Assembly: GCA_964016885.1 (NCBI GenBank)
Contig: OZ024743.1
Span: 77,934,001-77,998,000 of the forward strand
Source of the DNA: Eledone cirrhosa
Taxonomy: Eukaryota
Direction of reading: 5' to 3'
DNA length: 64,000 nucleotides
In this document: in pieces, positions 1 through 43,712 of the stretch
Layout: each line of letters opens with the position of its first letter
Position numbering within the stretch: the stretch's first letter is position 1
Program-made: the position numbers and the translations under genes
Notes under the pieces: generated by a model
Told to the model about the DNA's origin: nothing
The model's input: only the letters and a program-made list of their open reading frames with translations
Database searches by the model: none

Positions 1-284
1 TTTTATATATATATTTAAAAGTTGAATTTAAACGATGTTTGCAAGAACTGAATAAATTGTTCCTCAAATTAATAGAGTTCTTACTTTTTAGTATAAAGAT
101 TATTTCTTCGACACAAAGGGAACAATTTTTGGATAAAGCAGTGTATGAAGGAGCTTTGGAGATAATATTCCAAAGTAAAGAATAGATAATGTTCTTTGTT
201 TTCAGGTCCCATAGTAAGTTAGATAGAGAAGTTGAAGATTTTTTACCAATATTTGTAAAAGAACATTTATGGTTATTAAAACAT
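1..284 (-). mobile_element. Naiad-type Penelope-like element, C-terminal GIY-YIG endonuclease fragment (runs off the window)
   Basis: Minus translation FNNHKCSF...STSLSNLLWDLK...CSLCVEEIIFILKSKNSINLRNNLFSSCKHRLN aligns by eye with the endonuclease end at about 47760-48050. Confidence 0.85.
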
Positions 285-1680
285 TTGTGGTTTCTAAATA
301 TATATATATATATATATAAAATGTAATATACGACTTATCTCTTTTACATAATGTCTTCTATATCCATATATGATTCATATACTTAATTTATTTTCTATTA
401 TCTCTACTTCACATATATATTATTACACCTATCGATAGATTATTAAATTCCTTTATATGACTGCTTGAAACTCCTTTAAGAAAATTTTTTTCTTGAAAAA
501 CTTACTGAAGGGTATCAGAAAATATTTTGAAAATTCATTTGAAAGATATAGGAAAACTATATTTTTATATTCTTATATTTTCAAAGTTTTTAATATATAT
601 ATCCAAATGTTTATATATATGTGGAAAAACATATGGTTTTTTAATATATATGTAGAGTAACCTATGGTTTATGCTTTAAATATATTCTTAAGAAAATTTT
701 TTAAATGTTCTAACTTTATAGCATGTAAATTTATGACTTTGTATAAAATAACATAAGGTTCATGTTCTAATTACATTCTTAAGATAGAAAATTTAACTTA
801 ACTTTATAGCATTTAATCCTTAGAGTCATCTGAGTTCTTTAAAAAAAATCACTTATAACTTCCTTTACGTTCCTTTACTGTTCTTATAATATAACTAAGT
901 GGTTATTCTTTTGTAAACTCTAGAAAATTTTCCATAAATTTAGAATTATTTGGATATTTTAAATTTTTGACTTACAACTTTTAATAAAATAAACTATACT
1001 AGATTTGCTCTAAAATAATATATATTTTTTAATAATTTATAATCCTTAACATACACATTTAAACTAATTATTAAATTATTAAATTAAACCTTTAATCTAA
1101 TTTTTTCCACCTAACATTATAAATATTATAATCAAAACATAACGAATCCTGCATTATAAATATCATTCCTCCACACTATTCTCATTTCTTCTTCATTTTT
1201 TCTTTTTTCCTCTCACGTAAATATACTTACGCTGTATTTGTCCTTTGTAACTAATATTTTCTCTCACTTAAAAATATAATTACGCTCTTCTCTTCACACT
1301 ATTTTCACTGTCAAAAATATATATAATCGCTCCTTTTTTTCTTTCTTTCTTTCTTTTTTCTTTCTCCCTCACATATCACCTTCTTCCAACATTTTAATTT
1401 AAATAAACCGTTATCTTTTCAACCTCTCAGACACTCATTTGCATACTCAATCATAATTTTCTATCACCCTCAATAAATGTAATATCTCCACTATCCAAGA
1501 AGCTCCAACCGTTAAGGTTGTCTTTTTTAAGGGTATGTCAATATTTATTTATAAAACAAATCTGTATTGTATTTTATCTAATGAAAGCGCACCATAATTT
1601 GCCTTGGTGGCCCTTGAAATATGTATAATAAAATAAATATGGTTTTATAAATATAGTTTCCATTTGTTCATATATTGTAT
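285..1680 (+). mobile_element. Inverted pseudo-LTR of the Naiad-type element, ending in a degenerate hammerhead
   Basis: 1520-1680 resembles the pLTR end at 49570-49726. The hammerhead core is mutated to CTAATGA at 1578. Confidence 0.6.
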
Positions 1681-1686
1681 ATATTG

Positions 1687-3363
1687 AAAACCAGCAATTT
1701 CTATGGATTACCAAAATCCAGCAATTTCTATGGATTACCAAAAATTCACAAATCCATAGAAATCCAAAAGGGTAAAATACATCATACATGGAAGCCCCAA
1801 ACCGACAGACTTAAAATTACGCCCCATTATTGCTGGCCCAGCCTCAAGCACACAACGTCTTAGCAACCTATTAGACATCATACGCAAACCCCTATGTAAA
1901 AAAATTCCAAGCTACATCAGAGATGATATGGAATTCCTTAACTATATCCCCCAAAAAGTACACCAGGATACAATCCTAGTCAGTTTTGATGTAATAAGCC
2001 TGTACACTAACACCCCACACGACCTAGGGATTGAAGCTGTGGACTTCTGGATTACAAAACACTCAAGTCACATTTCAGAAAGATTCCCCAAAGAATTCAT
2101 CTTGGAAGGACTTAAATTAGTATTGGAAAACAACCACTTCCTCTTTGACAACGAACTTTATCTACAAATAAAAGGAACAGCCATGTGTACCAAAGTGGCC
2201 CCTACATATGCAACGCTCGTTATGGGTCACTTAGAGGCAAAATTATATTCCCAACTACAGATAACATTCAGTCACGACTTCGCCTTCTACATTAATAAAA
2301 ACTGGAAACGTTACCTAGATGACTGCTTCATCTTCTGGAACAGAAGCCAAACAGACCTACAAAAATTTTATTCGATCCTAAACAGGCTTCATGAAGCCAT
2401 ACAATTTACTATGGAATGTAACGAAAAGGAACTGCCCTTTCTAGATATCCTCATCATTAAAGAAGGGGAAAATATCATAACGGACCTATTTTGCAAACCC
2501 ACTGACACACACCAATACTTAAATTTCTGGTCAGCACACCCCTCACATACGAAAAGGAACATTCCCTTCAACATGGTAAGGCGCATCTGCACTATAGCAA
2601 CACACCCCGTACTACAAGAAAAAAGATTATGTGACCTGAAAGAATTCCTTAAAAAACAAAAGAATACCCGATGAAACTCATCAACGCAGCCATCTCCAAG
2701 GCTAAGAACAGCCCAATAACAACACTGAGAAAACCAAACCCACAACATAAAAAAGAAAACCCTGCTATCTCTTTTGTCATCACTCACAACCCAGGGAACA
2801 TCAACATTATGAAAACTGCTAAGCAGTATCTCCCGATTCTACAGCAATCTACCAAATTGAATGCACTCTTAAAAAACACGCAGATAATTTATAGCAGACG
2901 CCAAGCACCCAACCTTAAAAAACTAATTACCAAGGCAAAATTTACGACCAACATGGAATCAATGCAAGTGACGAAATGCGGGGACCCTAGATGTGGAACC
3001 TGTGAACTCATCGAAGAGGGCAAACAGTTGTCCTTCAAAAACCATGATAATTTCAAGGTCAATGCAAACATGAACTGCAAAACGAAAAACCTAATATATT
3101 GCGCAACATGTCCACAGTGTAAAGAGTATTACGTTGGGGAAACCGGAACGGGATTACATGATAGAGTCCGGGTACATAAACAACAAATTAAAGACCCCAC
3201 AGTCAGAAATACCACATGTAGCGCACACTTTGCATCATGCGGGAAGGGAAAATTCACAATCTTCCCTTTCTTCAAGATATGGTCGGATAACGAACATTTC
3301 CGCAGATATAAAGAAGAATTCTTCATTGAAAAATTTAAACCACTACTGAACACGAAAAAATGA
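1687..3363 (+). mobile_element. 5'-truncated Penelope-like element (Neptune-type), RT plus GIY-YIG, frameshifted
   Basis: ORFs 1928-2674 (SFDV..LY, GTAM, RYLDD, PFLD) and 2671-3363 (CGDPRCGTC linker, LIYC...YVGET, R...H, E, LN). Confidence 0.92.
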
Positions 3364-3413
3364 ATTAACACTCGGAGGTAAAATTCCATTTCACTACCCC
3401 CCCCCCCTCTTCT

Positions 3414-3559
3414 TATGTGTACACATGAATATCTGAGTGAACAGTGAGACACACATATATGTGTGTAGGTATGTATGGATGTATGTACGTGTGGGTATAT
3501 ATGTATATGGGTGTGTGTATATATATGTATGGATGTGTGTATATTTGTATGTGTTTGTG

Positions 3560-3607
<48 letters not shown>

Positions 3608-3749
3608 TATATGTTTATATGTGTGTATGTATATGTATGTATCTATATATATATGTGTGTGTGTGTATGTGCATATATGTATATATGTGTGTACATATGT
3701 GTATATTTCTGTATGTGTATATGTATGTATGTATGTAGATGTATGTATA

Positions 3750-3818
<69 letters not shown>

Positions 3819-3877
3819 ATATGTGTCTTTATGTGCTTGTGTGTACACACACACATATATATATATGTGTGTATGTA
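3414..3877. repeat. (TA)n/(TG)n compound microsatellite
   Basis: Direct reading; it explains the YI/VC-rich spurious ORFs. Confidence 0.95.
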
Positions 3878-4561
3878 AAATCTAATATATGTATTAACTT
3901 GTTCAGGTTGTCGAGAACAATACATAGGCCAGACCAAAAACAGCCTCCGCCAACGCATGACTGTCCATAGATCCCAAATTAAAATACGGGAATACAGGAA
4001 AATACCACTGAGTGAACACATTGATACCTGTGCCACCCAAAATCATCCCAACTTCAGAATCTTTCCCCTCTACAAATTTAAAGATAATGCCACCCACACC
4101 CAGCGCATCAGCAAGGAATCTTACTTCATTAACAAATACAGACCCCGTCTAAACACTTCTCCCTAAGACGAACCCACAACATACACACGTCAACATACAT
4201 ACCTACATCAGCACACATCTCTACCCATATATAAACACAATGACACACGTAAACACACATGCTCTATGGTGCAATACAAAAAAATATATGTGCATATATA
4301 TGTATGTATATATGTATGTATATATATATATATATGTAGTGAATATATCTATGTGTGTATATATATATAGTGAATATCATTTCACACCTTTTATTGTTAA
4401 GATTTTTGATGTTCTATTAAGAGAATTTGATTTTACTGAAAAAATCGAATAATGTACACCATTTTACCAGGGGGAAAAAAATACTGGTCCACCCACACAC
4501 ACACACACACACATATATACACAAACACATACACACGCGTACATCAACATACAAAGAGACT

Positions 4562-4596
<35 letters not shown>

Positions 4597-4741
4597 TTCT
4601 CCGTATAAGACAAAAGCTGAAAAATATCTTTTGACCTTCGAATGACTCTGCTATACACACACACACACTTATCTTAATAGCCATTTGACACACATCGCTG
4701 CTGGCCATTGTCGCAGCATCGAACACCTTACTACGACTACT

Positions 4742-4799
<58 letters not shown>

Positions 4800-5314
4800 A
4801 CACACATACACACACATTTGTTGTGAAAGAGTCATTTCTCAATCTTGGCGCAAAACCAATTTTTTATCCACATGACCTCTACCGACCAATCAAAATTGTT
4901 TTGACCAAGAATTTTTGCTGGAGCCACTTTTTTAACATAAAAACAGTCTTGGCGCAAAATCAACTTTTTACATTCACATGACCTCTACCGACCAATCAAA
5001 ATTGTTTTGACCACATGCATTTTTGCAACACAAAAATAACGCTGGAGCCACTTTTTTAACATAAAAACAGGTAGAATTACCAAAACTAATCAGATCAGAG
5101 CAAACAGCACGGACACTCTATCTCAAAATTATTTTTGAAAAGCATTTAGAAATGCGCAACCGGTAAAAACTTAAAAACTTAAAACCACAACTGAATACTA
5201 ACCCATACAATCACTAATACTCTTTTATTCCTAATTAAACTGTGAACAATTTGTCAGCATTTTCTATTCCGTTTACCAATATATAATAACTTGTGTGTTA
5301 CACCTCTATTCTTT

Positions 5315-5320
<6 letters not shown>
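3878..5320 (+). mobile_element. Penelope-like 3' fragment (GIY-YIG end plus pLTR), same family as 50713-55822
   Basis: ORF 3957-4166 is almost identical to the end of ORF 51761-52225. The downstream pLTR matches parts of 54672-55822. Confidence 0.9.
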
Positions 5321-5353
<33 letters not shown>

Positions 5354-5480
5354 ATATATGTATGTGTGTATGTATGTACTTGTATGTGTATGTATGTATA
5401 TATATATGTGTATATATATATAGATATATGTATATGTGTATATGTATGTATATGTGTGTACATATATGTATGTATATATG

Positions 5481-5529
<49 letters not shown>

Positions 5530-5960
5530 ATGCCTCTTTCTCTATATATATATATGTATATATATGTATGTGTGTGTGTGTGTATGCATGTATGTGTGAA
5601 CGGAGGTATATATACGGACATATGTATATATGTGTGTGTGTGTGTGTGTACACGTGTGTGTGTGTATATGTGTGTGCGTATGTGTGCGTGTATGGGTATA
5701 TATGTATATTTAGTTATGTATCTTTATGTGTGTATATGTATGTATATGTATGTATGTATATATATATATACCCATGTGGAGGTATGAGTACATATTCGTG
5801 TGTGTACGTATGTGTATATGTGTTTTTATATGTGTCTTTATATGTTTTTGTGTATGTATGTGGATGTATATGTACATGGGTGTGTGATTGATGGTGTGTG
5901 CCTATATATTCCTACATATGCCCGTGTGTGTATGTACGTATATACGCACATATGTGTGTG
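5320..5960. repeat. (TA)n/(TG)n compound microsatellite
   Basis: Direct reading. Confidence 0.95.
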
Positions 5961-7016
5961 TTGAACAAATGACTAATTTTGGGATGGACGTAGAAAAATT
6001 CTTCAGAAAAAAATAATTGTTTACAAACTTGGCAGGTGCGATTTGCCTGTGACCATTCTCAACACAAAGGAATCCCCTGAATAAAGGAATTTTTCGAGAA
6101 TGACCGGGGCAGGCCGCACTTGCTACATTTCTCCCCACCCAACCTTACTCACCGTCTCAACTCATTACTGCTATTAACACTTTTTCAACACACCTACACC
6201 ATACACTTATTAAAAGGGGGAGAAAAAACCCCCAAAAAACCCCAAAAAACCCCACCACACCACAGGCATGTTAAATCCCTATATATAGAACAACACACCA
6301 CATACACATCAGTTTGACAAGCGCACCTCAGCGTGAAAGGTCGTTCTAAAAACGAAATAATACCTCCTACGTTAACCAAGAACTCCTAACACCTAACTTA
6401 ATTTATAAAATAATTTTTTTTTAAGAAAAACATTTTTTTTCTAATCCGGAAAAAAATTCTTTTTGGATTTTGTGAAGAAAATAAATTTGTTGAAAGCACA
6501 AGTGAAGCCATTTTTTCTTCCCCCCTGTCTTAATATACATAACTGTACCAAGGATTACACACATTTTCCAATATATATATATATATATATATATGTTTAT
6601 GTTTGCTTAGAATGGAAGGGAAATTGTTTATAAGATATTTCAAATACAAATATTAAAATTAAAATGAGCTTTCTTATTTACTACAAGTAGGAACAGCACC
6701 TGCCTTCCAGGAAAATTTCTGCTAATATATATGTTACCAGAGGGAATGTCCAGACATTATGTATTCTGTACAATACATAAGCTTTGCACAATGCTTGTAA
6801 CATATATAATGTATGAGTATGAACTCACATTAACATATTTGAATGTGAATTTTATTTAATTTTGTTTACCAGTATTTATTTCCTAGAGACACAGACATTG
6901 GTTTTTATATGGAGATAAAATATAAGTATTTATGAATTTATAAAAACTGGGATTTTTTAATATATTCAAGAGAATATTGCTCTTCTTTTTTTATCATGAC
7001 ATTTCATTTACATACA

Positions 7017-38491
<31,475 letters not shown>

Positions 38492-39077
38492 GTTTAATAC
38501 ACAGTTTTTTTTTTACCTAGAAGAATACTTCAGAGAAACAAAACAGCAATTAACTCTTGTTACTATATATTTTATGATATATTTATAAATACAGAATATA
38601 ATATTAACATGATATACATACAAGCTGTGGAATAGAGAATTGTATGTCCTTCGTAGAATACTTGAGACTGACAAAACAGTAATTAACTCTTTTGCTACCA
38701 TTTATTATATGATATATTTATAGATACAGAATAGAGGCTTTACCTCACATAATATCTCACATAACATTTACAATACTCTTTATATACTATTGTATTTTCA
38801 CAGTAAAGGCTTTACCTCACATAACATTTACATTACTCTCTATATATTATTCGCCACGTGTTGACACGAGGGAAAAAAAAAAAAATAACAAATCGACGTT
38901 GGATGACAGTAAGCACACCCAAACTATAAAACAGCAACATACACACCTGTCTATATGTAGCATACACATATATACACACAAAGTGAAAATAAATCAGACT
39001 ATTTAGTGTGAGAGACTATACTAAAAGTATCGTAAACTCCAGTAAAACCACTGACTTCATTTCTGTTTAACATGGGT

Positions 39078-39125
<48 letters not shown>

Positions 39126-39168
39126 CTTTTTTTTTTTAAATTATACATACATGCGCAGATCCTTTGGG

Positions 39169-39234
<66 letters not shown>

Positions 39235-39800
39235 AACGAGTAAGACCCCGACGGCTAATTCTATTTACCCACTCTACTACCCTAAGTATTGAGTACTTTG
39301 GTGCGTTATGGTCCACCTGGTTCCTTACCACATTTTCTTCGTTATATATATATATATACATACTTTTTTTTTTTTTTTTATTAAATAAATAATATTATAA
39401 ATGCTTCGGTAACACTATAAAGGATGATACAATGAAAGATATATTCTTTTAATGTTACAATATTAAAGAAAATGTAAAGGAAGGGGTGAACAACGGAGCC
39501 AACACCAGAGCAAAAGAAAGCAACGTCGCGAGTACTGGGAAACCTCTCTAATGATTTTTGAGGCAAGCCAGCACACTCTCGACGTTGCCTCCGGGTGATG
39601 GCGAGGATGATGCGCTGAAACAGCCAAGCACCCTTGCGAGATTCGCCAGTCGAGCCTAATTATACATACATGCGCAGATCCTTTTGTACACACACACAAT
39701 ATTTAGGAAAACGGAAACAAAAATACACAAAAAACAAACATTTTATTGCTATCGTAATCAATTGTGCTAAACCTATATTGTTTAGATTCTGTGTTTTTCT

Positions 39801-40161
39801 ATGGATGGGCAGAAATAATAAACTTGCCATGGTGATATCTATGGATGAAGTTTTCGACAAAACTGGTCGATGTTCCAAAATAGAGCATTGTCCAGAAAAT
39901 CACACCTGCCATATTTGTACGGAACCCGAAAACTCGCTCCGTAATTGCTGGGTCGAATGTGGAACCTGTCACATCACTGTCTTCTTTCAATGCGCCACAG
40001 GCTTCCGGAGGATCCCAGGCCCCAAAAAGAGACATCATATTGCCATGATGGATGGACTCTGGGAGATGGTCCAGCTAAAATCTTGGTCCTTTCAGTACCT
40101 CGCCTGTGTGCCTGTCTCCACCAATGGTATTGAAAAACAACAACAACAAAAAAAACGATGA
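39801..40161 (+). pseudogene. Degenerate PHD-finger-like ORF, possibly a retroelement ORF1 remnant
   Basis: CHIC...WVECGTC...FFQC...WSFQYLAC spacing resembles a PHD finger but lacks the His and one Cys. Confidence 0.4.
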
Positions 40162-40332
40162 CTGTATCTTCCTTTACCATTGTTACTGAGCAACGGCAAA
40201 AACCTATGACACTGGCTTCTGCTGCTATTCCTGTGGAAGAACATCAGAAACAACAACAACCCTTTGTCTTCCGCTCCCAGTACATCTCGACACCAACAAC
40301 CGACGACTGTGTCTTCCTCTACAATTCCCGTG

Positions 40333-40382
<50 letters not shown>

Positions 40383-40457
40383 TTCTGCCGTAGATGATTC
40401 GTCGTGTGCTAGAGACATCGTTTGTAGTGGATAATCAGAAGGCTGTGTGTCTGTTTT

Positions 40458-43188
40458 ACGGGGTCACCAGTTGTAACAAATATTGAGTTGCAACGGATAG
40501 TGGATAGATGGAATTATAGCGAAGATACTGGGTTGTATGAATGTAAAAAGGAGACATGGTTTGTGTGTATAATATTTAATCAAGTATTTAACAGTATAGT
40601 TGACATGTCAATGAATAAACGAAAGAATGAAGCAAAGTTAGTAGTTACCGTTTTGATTGCCAGGCAAACGCGAGACGCCTGGCGAAGGCCAGGCGCCGGA
40701 AGGGCAAATGAGAGGGAGAGAGCTTAAAGTTGTTAGTTTTATAGGGTTCTGACCGGAAGTTACAGAAAGGGTTCTACTTCCCGTCTAGATGTTGTTAATC
40801 TATTGGGGTTGTGAGTCACAACAAGGGAGGCCACTGCTACATAACCTCCCGCCAGAATTTTAGAATATAAAAATCGAATGAAATATGTAGCAAGTTGGCG
40901 AGAATGTTGTAAGAGGCATGAAAATTACGACAAAAGAATGTTTGCAAAAATCAATGATAAATATCAAGGTAGCCAACCGCTCTTGGCCAGAGAACGACTG
41001 GACATCTATCTATCCATCACCCAAAGATACAATGTAATAAAGTAAGAGAAGAGCTCAAAGTTCAAATGTACAAAATATAGTTCACAGGTGTGCAATCACA
41101 TGACAGCAGGAAAGAAAGTGTGTTCCAGAGAATGAATGCAGGTGGTTTCTGTTCTGTGGTATATCGTGAAATTTCCAACCTCCGAATGGATTTTCTCACA
41201 GGAAGAGTGCTGCAAAAATAAATTCTCTGGCTTGTTCTACTGGTTTTGGTTGTTGGTGAAGCTGTGTTGCTGTTGATGTTGTTGTCTCGCGGAGTGAGCG
41301 TATTCGGTGTTTAAATTCCCAGTAAAAAATTTTTTTTCGGAAAAAATGAGTTGCGCAAAGTGCTAGAAATAACAGCCGAAGTTGATGGTCGATGTTGAGA
41401 ATGCGTTGACCTGGAAGGGTCAAGAGGCCAGCGACCAAAGAAATAAGCATTCTGAATAAATGCGCAGTTTTCAACGGCAAATTTATGTGGTAAATTTTTA
41501 AACCGGCAAATAGGAGAATATAGCTTAAGGCTGAAGAATCCTTGGCGAGAAACGTTATCTCGGGCGTGCGGCTATCTCTGTGAGTCGAGATATCTCCGTG
41601 AGTTGAGAATTTGTGCTGCCTACACGTGCCAATACAAGGTTAAGTTAGGTTGAAAAAATAATATTTCTAACGCGCGAGAAAATGATAGTGCAAGTGTGAA
41701 AGTGACAATGATGAAAAAGAAAGGCTTCACTTAGCATAATTATTGGTGTGAACTTTGGAAAAAAAAACTTGAACGATGAAGAAAACGATGAAAAAAAAAA
41801 AGGCAATGGTTCATCGAAAATAAATGTTCCTGTTGAAATGTTTTTTAAAAAATATCAAATTTCTTTTTTTTTGTTTTGTTTTGAAAGTGTTCGTTGTAAG
41901 AAACGAGAAACTTATATATATATCGTGAAATGCGACAGTTAGTTGATGCGTGAGAGAAAAAGCCTGTCTGTGCGAAAATTTCACATGTGCGTGGTGTGTT
42001 CGTTTCTTTTACTGAGTATTTTCATAGTTTGTCAATAAATTTGCTGTGTATTCGTAATGTTACTCACACAACACCAGAATCTGCTATTTTTTTAATTTTT
42101 TGGGGGTGACCACTTATAGCGATGAACGGCTGCGTGTTCGTATCACGTCAGGGTTACCAATATAGCGAAGATACTAGGTTGTATGAATGTAACAAGGAGA
42201 CATGGTTTGTGTGTATAATATTTAATCCAGTATTTAACAGTATAGTGACATGTCAATGAATAAACGAAAGAATGAAGCAAAGTTAGTAGTTACCGTTTTG
42301 ATTGCCAGGCAAACGCGAGACGCCTGGCGAAGGCCAGGCGCCGGAAGGGCAAATGAGAGGGAGAGAGCTTAAAGTTGTTAGTTTTATAGGGTTCTGACCG
42401 GAAGTTACAGAAAGGGTTCTACTTCTCGTCTAGATGTTGTTAATCTATTGGGGTTGTGAGTCACAACAAGGGAGGCCACTGCTACAGAATTGTTGGTATG
42501 ATGGTTTCAATGCAAAGAATAATACCAGGATTGTGTTGTTACAATGTTTATTTTATTATAACAATATTCAATTTGAATATTAAATAAAATCTATAACACG
42601 AAATATTCGTACAATAATTCGGTGGCTCTTCGAGCCACGTACATACGAGTATCACAGAATACGATTATAATATAATTTGTACAGTATCCGAAAGATACAA
42701 TGCGAATGACAGAAATGGTGCGTGTATGAATGTAAACAGTGTGAACTTACTATGAATGCGTGTGTGCGTATTACTATACTTTCTTGATTTAGCAGCAGTA
42801 GTAATAACTAAGTCAGGCGTGTGAGAAATACTGACAGACGTTTTTCGGAAGGGAGATTTGTCAGAGTAGGTGAAATGTCCGTTCTTGTCCGTGGTAACAC
42901 TTTTTATGTCGGGGCGTAAAGAAGACTTGTATTTATAAGGGTTGAAGTTAGAAGGATAGATATATCCTCTGACCTTTGGTTAGTATATCCCAAGGGTTTG
43001 GTTTTCTAGGCGTAAACAACTCAGAAAGATTGATATATCCTCTGACCTATTTTCTGCCAGGCGTAAACACCTCTGACCTGTGTTTAGAATCTCCCAAGGG
43101 GTTGGTCTGTCGAGCGTAAACCACTTACCACGGCTTGTCCCAGAGGCGGGAAGCTCAGATTCGGTTTCGAATCTTCACCGCTGTTATA
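40458..43188 (-). mobile_element. LTR of a retrotransposon (TATAAC...TTACA) followed by a tRNA-Trp PBS, interrupted by a smaller LTR element
   Basis: 42487-43188 and 40472-40514 join across the GAAT TSD. PBS TGGTGACCCCG at 40469-40459. TATAAAT and AATAAA lie within the LTR. Confidence 0.65.
40515..42486 (-). mobile_element. Non-autonomous mini LTR retrotransposon (TRIM/LARD-like, Gypsy-type signals)
   Basis: LTRs 40515-40841 and 42161-42486 (TGTAGC...GCTATA; about 5 differences by eye). 4-bp TSD GAAT, PBS TGGTAACCCTGACGTGAT and a short GGCGGGAGG purine tract. No gag/pol recognised. Confidence 0.9.
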
Positions 43189-43490
43189 ACCCTTTCTCTA
43201 ATCATTTGCGCTAATATTCTCTCTGCCACTTTCATAACCTGATCCATCAGCTTTATGCCCCTATAATTGCTCCTCTCTGGGGCATCACCTTTAACTTTGT
43301 AGCAATTTATGAGAATAGTACTGCACCAGTCTTTGGGTATGACACCATCATATATAACTTGATTGATGATGCGTGCAACCAGTTTAATGTCTACCTCACC
43401 TGATGCCTTCAACATCTCAGCAACTATCCCCGACGGTGCAGCGGCCTTACCATTCTTCATTTCTTTAATTGAGGAAGGAGTGACCAGCAC
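43189..43490 (-). mobile_element. RTE LINE RT N-terminal fragment
   Basis: KNGKAAAPSGIVAEMLK...KGDA..RSNYRGIKL. Confidence 0.8.
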
Positions 43491-43712
43491 TACGTTGTTT
43501 GGTATTATTACGAAAGGGTGTAGCAGAGAATCCCGCGTGAAGTAACAGCTCGGGTGGAAACTGCTTACCTCGAAGATTCATTCGCCATCGTTCTTATTAA
43601 TGCTCCGTTTAGTTGGTATTTGTTGGTCTACAGTTAGATTAATGGCGCCAAAGGGTTATTGTTTATTGGCAAGAAGTGGCAACTGGGCTGGCTTGCCTCG
43701 CTTATATTATAT

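Noticed and set aside
3413-5891. Many long YI/VC/HT-rich ORFs (also near 24 kb, 44 kb, 48.4 kb, 55.8 kb and 62.1 kb)
   Set aside because: They are translations of (TA)n, (TG)n, (CA)n and (TTTTTA)n microsatellites.
42128-42159. tRNA-Trp gene
   Set aside because: Only the 3' portion is present, it includes CCA, and it sits at the PBS position; there is no D or anticodon arm.
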